Part shown: positions 10,173 through 19,045 of the stretch, in pieces
Layout: every line of letters begins with the position of its first letter
Numbering within the stretch: the first letter of the stretch is position 1
Assembly (NCBI RefSeq): GCF_000007985.2
Contig: NC_002939.5
Coordinates: 2,070,001-2,102,000 of the forward strand
Origin: Geobacter sulfurreducens PCA
GTDB lineage: Bacteria; Desulfobacterota; Desulfuromonadia; Geobacterales; Geobacteraceae
Reading direction: 5' to 3'
DNA: 32,000 bases
The notes under the pieces: generated by a model
Told to the model about the DNA's origin: nothing
Seen by the model: the letters and a program-made list of their open reading frames with translations, nothing else
Databases searched by the model: none
Translations under genes and position numbers: made by a program

Positions 10173-10207
10173 TCGAAAAGCTTCAATCCGATGCAATGTA
10201 ACGATGT

Positions 10208-10735
10208 TCAATACTTGCTGTCGGCGTAGTCAACCCAGCCACCGGCGAGAACAAGAGCCTTGTCAAAGGGTGATATATCGAAGGAGTGGGTTTCCGACGT
10301 TCCCCCCCCCGAGATTGTGAGCGTTTGTCCTGCAACATCAATGGAGATGGCCGCGTCGGCGCAGCCGGCATAGGTGAACAGCCCCTCGATCGTATCGGCG
10401 GAGAGTTCAATGGCAGCCATGCCGCAGTTGAACATGTTCTGACGGAAGATCCGGGCAAAGGACTCGGCAATCACAGCTGTAATGCCGTTCACCTCGAACA
10501 CCCACGGCGCGTGTTCACGGGATGAGCCGCACCCGAAATTGGCCCGGGAGACAACGACACGCGCAGTCTTCGTCTTTTCCCCCTTGGGATCGAAACCAGG
10601 CAGTTTCAGATCTTCCAGGATATAGGGCTTGAGGTCTTCCTTGGTGATCTCGGTCAGATACTTGGCCGGGATAATCTCGTCGGTATTGATATCAGAGCGG
10701 TCGAGAAAGAGCACGGGGCCGCCAAACTGTTTCAT
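10208..10735 (-). CDS. leuD: 3-isopropylmalate dehydratase small subunit
   Basis: 175-aa ORF with INTDEIIPAKYL and FGCGSSREHAPW motifs. GGAGA SD upstream. It directly follows leuC. Confidence 0.93.
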   Translation of the reverse strand: MKQFGGPVLFLDRSDINTDEIIPAKYLTEITKEDLKPYILEDLKLPGFDPKGEKTKTARVVVSRANFGCGSSREHAPWVFEVNGITAVIAESFARIFRQNMFNCGMAAIELSADTIEGLFTYAGCADAAISIDVAGQTLTISGGGTSETHSFDISPFDKALVLAGGWVDYADSKY

Positions 10736-10765
10736 CGGTCTGTCTCCTTGCTGGGAATATGGAAG

Positions 10766-12049
10766 CTACAGATACTTCCGGGGGTCGGCTATCTTACCCT
10801 CGATAGCGGTTGCAGCACTCGTTGCCGGAGACATGAGGTGGACCATCCCCCCCTTGCCCATCCGCCCCATGAAGTTACGGTTTGTGGTCGATGCGCAGAC
10901 TTCTCCTTCGGCCAGGACGCCGTTGCTCATGCCGAGACAGGCGCCGCAGGTGGGATTGGTCACACAGAAGCCGGCTTCCATGAAGATATCGATCAGCCCC
11001 TCACGCATGGCATCCTGGTAGATCTTCGGCGTGGCGGGAGAGAGTATGCCGCGTACCGTGGGTGCGATCTTCTTTCCCTTGAGAATCCGTGCGGCAATGC
11101 GCAGATCCTCCAGCCGGCCGTTGGTGCAGGAGCCGAGATAAACCTGGTCCACGGGGGTACCGGCAATTTCAGAGACCGGCTTCACCTGGTCCGGCTTATA
11201 GCCAAATGTGACAATGGGTTCGAGACTCGACACATCAAAATCAAGCACCTGCTCGTAGACGGCGTCTTCGTCGGACCGCCACAGGCTGAATGCCGCAAGG
11301 GCGGCCTCCCGGGACTGGTACTCATCCTTGAGGAAGGGCCAGAGGTAATCGACCGTCACCATGTCAGGCATACAGATACCCGAGGTGCCACCCGCCTCGA
11401 TGGCCATGTTGCACAGTGTCATCCGCGACTCCATGGTCATGGTGTCGACCACCGATCCGCGGAACTCCATTACCCGGTCGGTTGCCCCGTTCACACCAAT
11501 CCTGCCGATGACATGGAGGATTACGTCCTTGGCATACACCCCTTCAGGCAGAGAGCCGTTCAGGTTGATGCGGATCGTTTTCGGCTCGCGGAAGGCGCAG
11601 ACTCCCTTGAGAATGCCGACCTCGAGATCGGTGGTGCCGATGCCTGCCGCAAACGCGCCGAACGCTCCGTGAGTACAGGTATGCGAATCGCCCATGATCA
11701 CCGTATAGCCGGGCCGGATGAACCCCTTCTCGGGGAACAGTGCATGACAAACGCCGTTAGCTCCGACGTCGAAAAAGTCCACGATGCCATGGCGCCGCGC
11801 CCAATCGCGCAACATCTTCGCCTGGGTGGCCGTCTTGGAGTCCTTGCTGGGGGTCACGTGATCAATGACCGCCTTGATCTTTGTCGGGTCGAAAACCCGA
11901 TCCTTGCCGCGCGCCATCAGGTCGGCAATGGCGATGGGCGTGGTGATCTCGTGACACATCACCACATCGAGCCTCAGCACCTTGGTGCCGGCAAAGGGTT
12001 CATCAACCAGATGACTGGCAAAAATCTTTTCCGCAATAGTTTTCCCCAT
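10766..12049 (-). CDS. leuC: 3-isopropylmalate dehydratase large subunit (aconitase family, about 420-aa type)
   Basis: 427-aa ORF with MGDSHTCTHGAFGAFA, LGSCTNGR and NRNFMGRMG motifs. Confidence 0.95.
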   Translation of the reverse strand: MGKTIAEKIFASHLVDEPFAGTKVLRLDVVMCHEITTPIAIADLMARGKDRVFDPTKIKAVIDHVTPSKDSKTATQAKMLRDWARRHGIVDFFDVGANGVCHALFPEKGFIRPGYTVIMGDSHTCTHGAFGAFAAGIGTTDLEVGILKGVCAFREPKTIRINLNGSLPEGVYAKDVILHVIGRIGVNGATDRVMEFRGSVVDTMTMESRMTLCNMAIEAGGTSGICMPDMVTVDYLWPFLKDEYQSREAALAAFSLWRSDEDAVYEQVLDFDVSSLEPIVTFGYKPDQVKPVSEIAGTPVDQVYLGSCTNGRLEDLRIAARILKGKKIAPTVRGILSPATPKIYQDAMREGLIDIFMEAGFCVTNPTCGACLGMSNGVLAEGEVCASTTNRNFMGRMGKGGMVHLMSPATSAATAIEGKIADPRKYL

Positions 12050-12090
12050 TTCGAACTATCCTCGCGTCTAACATGATGGAATGTGGTGCC

Positions 12091-12119
12091 AATGTAAACA
12101 AACGGGGTTTATAAATCAA
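12091..12119 (-). promoter_or_regulatory. Candidate sigma70-like promoter for leuCD
   Basis: On the minus strand, TTGATT (12114-12119), a 17-nt spacer, then TACATT (12091-12096). It sits in an AT-rich divergent intergenic region. Confidence 0.35.
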
Positions 12120-12212
12120 TGTAATATTTGTTCGACGCGGTTTAACATTTGCTTGCACCACAGCAGACATGCTAGGATACGCAAATTTTTCACGGGGAGA
12201 CGTCTGCGAGAC

Positions 12213-13241
12213 ATGGAACTGAGCTTTACGCGCACCAATGGCGAAATCGACACACTCATTGACACACTGATGGAGAAGGCTGGAACCATCCATCACCCTA
12301 CCCTGATACGTGAAATGATCATTTCCGCTCTCAAATCGGGCCAGGAAACAAGCTATCCCGCAGACCTCAAACTGCTCAACAACACCATGAAGGAGATGCG
12401 CTACACAACCAACGTGTTCGCCCCCTACCGCAATAGCCGGAAAGTGACCATCTTCGGCTCGGCCCGTACGGAGCCCCAGGAGCCGATTTATCAGACCTGC
12501 GTCCGCTTTAGCCGAAAACTTGCCGACAAGGGGTACATGATTATCACCGGCGGAGGCCCGGGTATCATGCAAGCCGGAAATGAAGGCGCCGGCAGCGACC
12601 GCTCCTTTGCCGTAAACATCCGCCTTCCCTTCGAACAGAAGCCCAACCCCGTGATGCTCCAGAATCCGCGACTCATAAATTACAAGTACTTCTTCAACCG
12701 GAAAGTCGCCTTTGTCAAGGAGTCGAACGCAATCGCCGTTTTCCCCGGCGGATTCGGCACGCTTGACGAAGCCATGGAAGTCTTCACCCTCATCCAGACG
12801 GGCAAGACCTCTCCCAAACCCCTTGTTCTTATCGACGACAGTGACGGTTACTGGGATCGCTGGTTCGATTTCGTCACCTCGTGCATCCTCGGCAAAGGGT
12901 TCATCTCTGCGGAGGATTTCTCCATTTTCACCATTACCCGCGACGAGGATGAGGCCATCAGGGTCATCGAAGAGTTCTACCACAACTACCACTCCCTCCG
13001 ATTCTTCGAAGAGAGGCTCATCATCCGGCTCAACAAAGAACTAACTCGGGAACAGATCGATGAACTCGAAAATGAATTCCCCGAATTGCGCCTGCCGGGC
13101 ACTCGCATAAGCTGCTGCCCCCCACTCCCCGAAGAGGCTGATGAGCCCGACCTGCTTAAACTGCCTCGCATCTCGCTTCAGTTCGACCATCAACACTACG
13201 GGCTCCTTATAGCTTTCATCAGAAAAATCAACATGTTTTAA
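12213..13241 (+). CDS. LOG/TIGR00730-family Rossmann-fold protein (nucleotide 5'-monophosphate nucleosidase-like) with N- and C-terminal extensions
   Basis: Motifs VTIFGSAR, ITGGGPGIMQAGNEGA and VFPGGFGTLDEAME. ATG at 12213, with GGGGAGA upstream. The ORF-track start at 12081 would run through the divergent promoter region. Confidence 0.8.
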   Translation: MELSFTRTNGEIDTLIDTLMEKAGTIHHPTLIREMIISALKSGQETSYPADLKLLNNTMKEMRYTTNVFAPYRNSRKVTIFGSARTEPQEPIYQTCVRFSRKLADKGYMIITGGGPGIMQAGNEGAGSDRSFAVNIRLPFEQKPNPVMLQNPRLINYKYFFNRKVAFVKESNAIAVFPGGFGTLDEAMEVFTLIQTGKTSPKPLVLIDDSDGYWDRWFDFVTSCILGKGFISAEDFSIFTITRDEDEAIRVIEEFYHNYHSLRFFEERLIIRLNKELTREQIDELENEFPELRLPGTRISCCPPLPEEADEPDLLKLPRISLQFDHQHYGLLIAFIRKINMF

Positions 13242-13278
13242 CACAAAGAATCCATCCATGAAACGGGGCAAAATTTTG

Positions 13279-13307
13279 TTGACAGGATGAATTGCCAGTG
13301 TTAGTGT
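13279..13307 (+). promoter_or_regulatory. Candidate sigma70-like promoter for the cold-shock gene, giving a 5' UTR of about 150 nt
   Basis: TTGACA (13279-13284), a 17-nt spacer, then TAGTGT (13302-13307). The implied long leader fits cspA-type genes. Confidence 0.45.
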
Positions 13308-13461
13308 GACAATGCAGCAAGTTTCGGAAGTTGTTGCAGCCCTTGAAAACTGAGCAAAGTCCCCTCGACTCTCGCGGTTTTCCTGCCTCAAAACTCCGGA
13401 AACTTAAGCAGCATCCCCACGAAGTCCGGCACAGATCCGGAGGCACAAAGGAGGTAGGACA

Positions 13462-13662
13462 ATGGCTATCGGAAGAGTTAAGTGGTTCAACGACGCCAAG
13501 GGTTTTGGGTTCATCGAGCAGGACAATGGCGAGGATGTGTTCGTACATTTCTCCGCCATCCAGCAGGATGGTTTCAAGTCCCTCGCCGAGGGTGAGCAAG
13601 TTTCCTTCGACGTGGTGAATGGCCCCAAGGGGCTTCAGGCCGCCAACGTCAAGAAGGCCTAA
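13462..13662 (+). CDS. cspA: Cold-shock protein, CspA family
   Basis: 66-aa ORF with RNP motifs KGFGFI and VFVHF. Strong SD AAAGGAGG lies 7 nt upstream. Confidence 0.96.
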   Translation: MAIGRVKWFNDAKGFGFIEQDNGEDVFVHFSAIQQDGFKSLAEGEQVSFDVVNGPKGLQAANVKKA

Positions 13663-13687
13663 ACAAGGCCCTCATAGCTTAACCGAC

Positions 13688-13726
13688 AAAAAGCCCGCTG
13701 GTTCATCCAGCGGGCTTTTTGTGTTT
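13688..13726. terminator. Bidirectional Rho-independent terminator between convergent cspA and leuA
   Basis: Perfect 11-bp stem (AAGCCCGCTGG at 13691-13701 pairing with CCAGCGGGCTT at 13707-13717) and a 5-nt loop. It is flanked by an A-run on the left and TTTTGTGTTT on the right. Confidence 0.85.
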
Positions 13727-13755
13727 AATCGCGTTATAATACGCTGCACTTGACG

Positions 13756-13799
13756 GCGACCGCTGCTTACGTGCGTACGCCACGTAATACAGCGGTCGC
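13756..13799. repeat. Nested inverted repeat (compound hairpin) just downstream of the leuA stop
   Basis: Outer arms GCGACCGCTG (13756-13765) and CAGCGGTCGC (13790-13799). Inner arms TACGTG (13768-13773) and CACGTA (13781-13786). No adjoining T tract. Confidence 0.7.
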
Positions 13800-13808
13800 A
13801 TCTGTGGA

Positions 13809-15347
13809 TTACAGGCTCTCGGGTGCCCGTTCTTTCCTGAAATGAAGACGGTTGAGGGCGTTAATATAGGCTTTTGCCGATGCCTCGATGATGTCGGTGG
13901 ATGAACCGCGGCCGACCACCGTCTCATCACCGTCAACGAGGCGCACTGTCACTTCGCCCTGAGCATCGGTACCACCGGTAATGGAGCCTACATTGTACTG
14001 CTGGAGTCGGGCCTTGGTCTTGGTGAGCTTTTTGATGGCCTTGAGTGTGGCATCGACAGGACCATCCCCCAGCTCTGCAGTACGCACGGCGACCCCGTCG
14101 ATCTCCATCTGCACTGTTGCTGTTGCCACCGCAAACGATCCGCAGGTCACCGTGATATGTGCCAACCGATACTTCTCGGAGGGGCGCATAACTTCGTCCG
14201 CCACGATGGCGTCCAGATCTTCGTCGAAAACCTCCTTCTTCATATCCGCAAGAGCCTTGAACCGCTCGAAGGCTTTATTCAGATCCTCGTCGCTCAACTC
14301 ATAGCCCAGTTCGGTAAGGCGCTTTTTAAAAGCGTGACGACCAGAATGCTTGCCGAGAACCAGAACATTGGCCCGGAGCCCAACCGATTCCGGGGTCATA
14401 ATTTCATAAGTGGACTTTTCCATCAGGACGCCGTGTTGATGAATGCCCGACTCGTGAGCAAAGGCATTGGCGCCGACAACAGCTTTGTTGGGCTGAACGC
14501 CAATGCCGGTGATGGTAGAAAGAAGTCTGCTGGCCGGCACAATCTGGTCCGTTGCCACGTTCGTCTTAAAGGGAAGGATATCGTGGCGAGTCCGGATTGC
14601 CATGACAAACTCTTCCAGGGAACAGTTGCCTGCACGCTCGCCAATACCGTTGATGGTGCACTCAACCTGGCCCGCGCCCGCCTGAACCGCGGCGATGGAG
14701 TTTGCAACCGCCAGACCGAGGTCGTTGTGGCAGTGGACGGATATGACCGCCTTCTCGATATTGGGAACGTTTTCCTTCAGATACTTAATGATATTGAAGT
14801 ATTCAAAAGGAATGGTATAGCCCACCGTATCGGGGATATTCACGGTGGTCACCCCCGCATCAATGACTGCCTCTACCACCTCGGCCATGAATTTCAGGTT
14901 GGTTCGTACAGCGTCCTCGCAGGAAAACTCCACGTTGGGAGTGTACGACTTAGCCCTCTTCACCGCCTTTACCGCCGCATCCATTACCTGGGACGGGGAC
15001 ATCTTCAGCTTGTGCTTCATATGGATATCAGAGGTGGCAATAAAGGTATGGATACGCCCCTTCTCGCCAGCATACTTGAGAGCCTCCCAGGCCCTGTCTA
15101 TATCCTTGTCGTTGGCGCGGCACAGACCCGCAATCTCAGGGCCCTTAATGGTCTGTGCAACCCGCATGACCGCTTCAAAGTCACCCTCAGACGCGATGGG
15201 AAAACCGGCTTCAATTACATCTACGTTCAGTTTTTGGAGCTGCTTGGCAACCCTGAGTTTTTCCTCGATGTTCATACTGTTGCCGGGAGACTGTTCTCCG
15301 TCACGCAGTGTTGTATCGAATATCTTGATAGTTTTCTGCTCTGCCAT
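13809..15347 (-). CDS. leuA: 2-isopropylmalate synthase
   Basis: MAEQKTIKIFDTTLRDGEQSPG, HCHNDLGLAVANS, and a C-terminal LeuA regulatory domain. AGGAGG lies upstream of the ATG at 15345-15347. The ORF-track start at 15380 is further upstream. Confidence 0.95.
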   Translation of the reverse strand: MAEQKTIKIFDTTLRDGEQSPGNSMNIEEKLRVAKQLQKLNVDVIEAGFPIASEGDFEAVMRVAQTIKGPEIAGLCRANDKDIDRAWEALKYAGEKGRIHTFIATSDIHMKHKLKMSPSQVMDAAVKAVKRAKSYTPNVEFSCEDAVRTNLKFMAEVVEAVIDAGVTTVNIPDTVGYTIPFEYFNIIKYLKENVPNIEKAVISVHCHNDLGLAVANSIAAVQAGAGQVECTINGIGERAGNCSLEEFVMAIRTRHDILPFKTNVATDQIVPASRLLSTITGIGVQPNKAVVGANAFAHESGIHQHGVLMEKSTYEIMTPESVGLRANVLVLGKHSGRHAFKKRLTELGYELSDEDLNKAFERFKALADMKKEVFDEDLDAIVADEVMRPSEKYRLAHITVTCGSFAVATATVQMEIDGVAVRTAELGDGPVDATLKAIKKLTKTKARLQQYNVGSITGGTDAQGEVTVRLVDGDETVVGRGSSTDIIEASAKAYINALNRLHFRKERAPESL

Positions 15348-15433
15348 GGCATACCTCCTCATTGGTGTTAGATGTTTCATACCAGCTGCACCGGTGAATG
15401 CAACCGTCGCTTAGCCGGAAAACCGGCCGGATA

Positions 15434-15471
15434 CTAAAAAAGCCTCCGCCCCAATAAAGGGGCGAAGGCTT
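15434..15471 (-). terminator. Intrinsic terminator of the T-box leader
   Basis: On the minus strand, AAGCCUUCGCCCC-UUUAUU-GGGGCGGAGGCUU followed by UUUUUU. Its 5' arm (CCUU...) can instead pair with the T-box sequence to form the antiterminator. Confidence 0.85.
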
Positions 15472-15745
15472 GCGCTCGCGGTACCACCCTTTTTTCGTCC
15501 TCGCATGCGCCGATAAACGGCGACACAAGAACCTCATTTTCCCTTAACGCGGGATACGGCCCCAACTACCTGCGGATCGTCAATCGACAACGACCGATTT
15601 CGCGGGGGCGGCTCCGAGGCGAGTTCGTCCTTCCTTATACCGGTTTGCACCAAGCACCGGCTCTCTGGCGTCGGCATTTTCGCTGCTACCGACAAAGATA
15701 AGGGGTCGGACTACTACTCCTCTTCACGGCCTGTTTATTAATTGT
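15434..15745 (-). promoter_or_regulatory. T-box riboswitch, leucine (CUC) specifier, controlling leuA
   Basis: All on the minus strand. T-box motif AAAGGGUGGUACCGCG at 15477-15492. Specifier loop framed by GAGG/CCUC and GUCC/GGAC helices, with AGUAGUA on the 5' side and GAA-CUC-G on the 3' side (CUC at 15621-15623). GA/K-turn-like GUGAAGAGG at the Stem I base. AG bulge AGAGAG at 15661-15666. Distal loop GCUUGGUGCAA. The UGGU bulge is complementary to ACCA, which fits discriminator A73 of tRNA-Leu. A terminator/antiterminator alternative is present. Confidence 0.87.
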
Positions 15746-15751
15746 TACGTG

Positions 15752-15781
15752 ATAATAGAGAACGACTTCTCGACCTGTCAA
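15752..15781 (-). promoter_or_regulatory. Sigma70-like promoter driving the T-box-leuA transcript
   Basis: On the minus strand, TTGACA (15776-15781), an 18-nt spacer, then TATTAT (15752-15757). The implied TSS is about 20 nt before Stem I, the usual T-box geometry. Confidence 0.55.
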
Positions 15782-15855
15782 GACATTTTCTTCATAATTA
15801 TGATATGTTCCAAGATATCAAACATTGTTTTGATACCCAAAAACATCAAAACAGG

Positions 15856-16635
15856 TCAGTGGTCATCCTTGGCATGCCGATGATGGAGTGCTTTTTCCAA
15901 GCGGCGACGGCGCGGCAGGCTCATGAAAAATCCGATAATCCCTGAAAAAGTGTAACAGAAAAAGATAACGAAGAGCATGACGACCGGCTCAGCCGCAATG
16001 ACGATCAAAAGCAACACGGCCAGCACCAGCATGGCGAAGGGTTGCCGCTTGATCAGCTCCGGATCTTTGAAGGAATAGTAGCGGAAGCTCGACACCATGA
16101 GAAACGCGAGGAGATAGATGAGTGCAAGTATCGCTACCTTTTTGTACGAACTTGGCCAACCGAAATGATAGAAAAGAAGCACCGTTGCTGAAACCATGCT
16201 CGCTGCGGCCGGAATGGGAAGGCCAACGAACCGCTTGTTCTCCACCGTATTGACCTGCACGTTGAAGCGGGCAAGACGCAAAGCGCCGCATACCACGAAG
16301 AGGAAGGCGGCAAGCCAGCCGAGCCGTCCGAAAGGCTGGAGCGCCCACTTGTACATGAGCAGACCGGGAGCAACCCCGAAGGCAACAACGTCGGCCAACG
16401 AATCGTACTCGACTCCGAACTTGCTTGAAGTGCCGGTAAGTCGTGCAACTTTTCCGTCGAGCCCGTCGAAAATGGAGGAAATGAGAACCCAGAGAGCAGC
16501 TGTTTTAAAATCGCCGTTCATGGTAGCGACCATGCCGTAGAAGCCCGCGAAAAGGCTCCCCGTGGTGAAGAGGTTGGGAAGGATATAAATACCCTTGCGC
16601 ATACTCTCCGACATATCGATTTTTTCACCATTCAT
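15856..16635 (-). CDS. pssA: CDP-diacylglycerol--serine O-phosphatidyltransferase
   Basis: CDP-alcohol phosphatidyltransferase motif DGLDGKVARLTGTSSKFGVEYDSLADVV in a multi-TM protein. Its start overlaps the psd stop as ATGA at 16632-16635. Confidence 0.92.
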   Translation of the reverse strand: MNGEKIDMSESMRKGIYILPNLFTTGSLFAGFYGMVATMNGDFKTAALWVLISSIFDGLDGKVARLTGTSSKFGVEYDSLADVVAFGVAPGLLMYKWALQPFGRLGWLAAFLFVVCGALRLARFNVQVNTVENKRFVGLPIPAAASMVSATVLLFYHFGWPSSYKKVAILALIYLLAFLMVSSFRYYSFKDPELIKRQPFAMLVLAVLLLIVIAAEPVVMLFVIFFCYTFSGIIGFFMSLPRRRRLEKALHHRHAKDDH

Positions 16636-17288
16636 GGCAGAATCCCCAGGACGGTTTCACCGGCTACCGTCTTCTCGCCTAGAGCGACCTTGACCTCGGT
16701 AGTGGTCGGCAGATAGATATCGAGACGCGAACCGAACCGGATCAGACCATAACGCCCCCCCCTGGTGAGCCGGTCCCCCTTCCCTGCGTAGCAAACGATA
16801 CGCCGGGCAATGAGACCCGCCACCTGCACGACAGCCAGTCGAAGGCCACGGGCCGTCTCAATGACCAGCCCCGCCTGCTCGTTCTCGAAGGTCGCGCGAT
16901 CGTCGCGCACATCGAGAAATTTTCCCTTCACGTAGAAGGTGTCGAGCACCGTGCCACTCACCGGTGCACGGTTGATGTGGACGTTGAACACCGACATGAA
17001 GATGCTGATTTTCGTGGTTTCCACTCCCAGGTGCTCTTCGCGGGCAGGTCCGAGATAGATGACAACACCGTCTGCGGGTGCAACTACGGCATTCTCGTTG
17101 CCAGGGGTTATCCGTTCGGGATTGCGGAAGAAAAAGGCAACGAACAGCGTGACTGTCAGAAAGAAAGCCGTCCCCGCCCAGACAACGGGAGCATGCCAGG
17201 ATACGGCGGCTAGGATGAGTGTCAGAACGCCGGCAATGGCGATAAAGGGATACCCCTCGACTGCTATGGGGGTGTTTTCATTCCGCAT
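16632..17288 (-). CDS. psd: Phosphatidylserine decarboxylase proenzyme (short type)
   Basis: About 218 aa with two N-terminal TM helices and the FGSRLD self-cleavage region. ATG at 17286-17288 with GAGG 8 nt upstream. The ORF-track start at 17291 is a TTG. Confidence 0.9.
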   Translation of the reverse strand: MRNENTPIAVEGYPFIAIAGVLTLILAAVSWHAPVVWAGTAFFLTVTLFVAFFFRNPERITPGNENAVVAPADGVVIYLGPAREEHLGVETTKISIFMSVFNVHINRAPVSGTVLDTFYVKGKFLDVRDDRATFENEQAGLVIETARGLRLAVVQVAGLIARRIVCYAGKGDRLTRGGRYGLIRFGSRLDIYLPTTTEVKVALGEKTVAGETVLGILP

Positions 17289-17336
17289 CAATGGACCTCG
17301 GGTTTAACACCGGATGCCACCCGTCAAACGGCAAAT

Positions 17337-17384
17337 GAGGCCGGATGCGGCCGTGGAGCCTGAACTCCCGCCGTATCCGGCCTC
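17337..17384 (-). other. 48-nt GC-rich extended stem-loop in the ilvC-psd spacer
   Basis: On the minus strand, GAGGCCGGAUACGGCGGGAGUUCAGGCUCCACGGCCGCAUCCGGCCUC. It forms about 19 bp with one mismatch and one bulge, and a 6-nt apical loop. No clean T tract follows. Confidence 0.6.
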
Positions 17385-17406
17385 ACCGTGGGTGCAACCG
17401 AGTGTA

Positions 17407-18483
<1,077 letters not shown>

Positions 18484-18975
18484 CTACCCTTTCCACCCCT
18501 TGGCGCCGCGCCCGATGGCCGCCGGACCGGTTCTGACGAGCTCCTTGAGCCCCAGGGGGCGGAGCAGTTCAAGGATCGCATCGATCTTGGCCGGCGTTCC
18601 CGTGGCCTCGATGGTAAAGGAACGGGGGGTAACATCAATGATTTTGGATCTGAAAATATCGACGATCCGCAGCACCTCAGCCCGGGCATCGTCCTCGGCG
18701 GTCACCTTGATGAGCGCCATTTCCCGCTCAATCACTTCCCCGTCGGTGAAATCAATGACCTTGATGACATCGATGAGCTTGTTGAGCTGCTTGGTGATCT
18801 GTTCGAGAATCTGGTCGTCCCCCCGGGTGACAATGGTCATGCGGGAGATGGATTCGTCATTGGTGGGCGCAACCGAGAGTGAGTCAATATTGAAGCCGCG
18901 GCCGGAGAAGAGACCGGCCACGCGAGAGAGAACACCGAATTCGTTTTCCACCAGAACGGTGATCGTATGTCGCAT
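18484..18975 (-). CDS. ilvN: Acetolactate synthase small (regulatory) subunit
   Basis: 163-aa ORF with an ACT domain, MRHTITVLVENEFGVLSRVAGLFSGRGFNIDSL. GGAGG SD upstream. Confidence 0.93.
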   Translation of the reverse strand: MRHTITVLVENEFGVLSRVAGLFSGRGFNIDSLSVAPTNDESISRMTIVTRGDDQILEQITKQLNKLIDVIKVIDFTDGEVIEREMALIKVTAEDDARAEVLRIVDIFRSKIIDVTPRSFTIEATGTPAKIDAILELLRPLGLKELVRTGPAAIGRGAKGWKG

Positions 18976-19045
18976 GTATGAAGCCTCCTGAGGAATGGGA
19001 GAGCGGATCGGGCGTCACCGACGACGACCGACCCGACTTGCACGA

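Noticed and set aside
10748-12076. A 442-aa plus-strand ORF. Similar long antisense ORFs occur at 28582-30186 (534 aa), 14157-15371 (404 aa), 19556-20722 (388 aa), 17314-18459 (381 aa), 24451-25500 (349 aa), 23219-24235 (338 aa), 12003-12992 (329 aa), 30473-31438 (321 aa), 6883-7755 (290 aa) and 3049-3891 (280 aa).
   Set aside because: Each lies antisense to a gene with unmistakable conserved motifs (leuC, tsf/rpsB, leuA, ilvB, ilvC, dxr, rseP, LOG, lptF, mlaD, pyrG). High GC suppresses stop codons in off-frames. Their translations are Arg/Gly/Pro/His-rich and low in complexity, with no recognisable motifs or SD sequences.
13041-13628. Minus-strand ORFs of 116, 123 and 74 aa across the LOG 3' end, the csp promoter/UTR and cspA.
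   Set aside because: They are antisense to a strongly supported cspA gene and its leader. They have no SD and no recognisable motifs.
15301-15537. A 78-aa minus-strand ORF inside the leuA leader, considered as a possible leucine attenuation leader peptide.
   Set aside because: It is not Leu-rich and has no SD. The region is fully explained by the T-box, antiterminator and terminator structure.
15742-15945. A 67-aa plus-strand ORF in the AT-rich block.
   Set aside because: It overlaps the pssA 3' end antisense and the leuA promoter region. It has no SD, and the AT-rich sequence is better explained as regulatory DNA.
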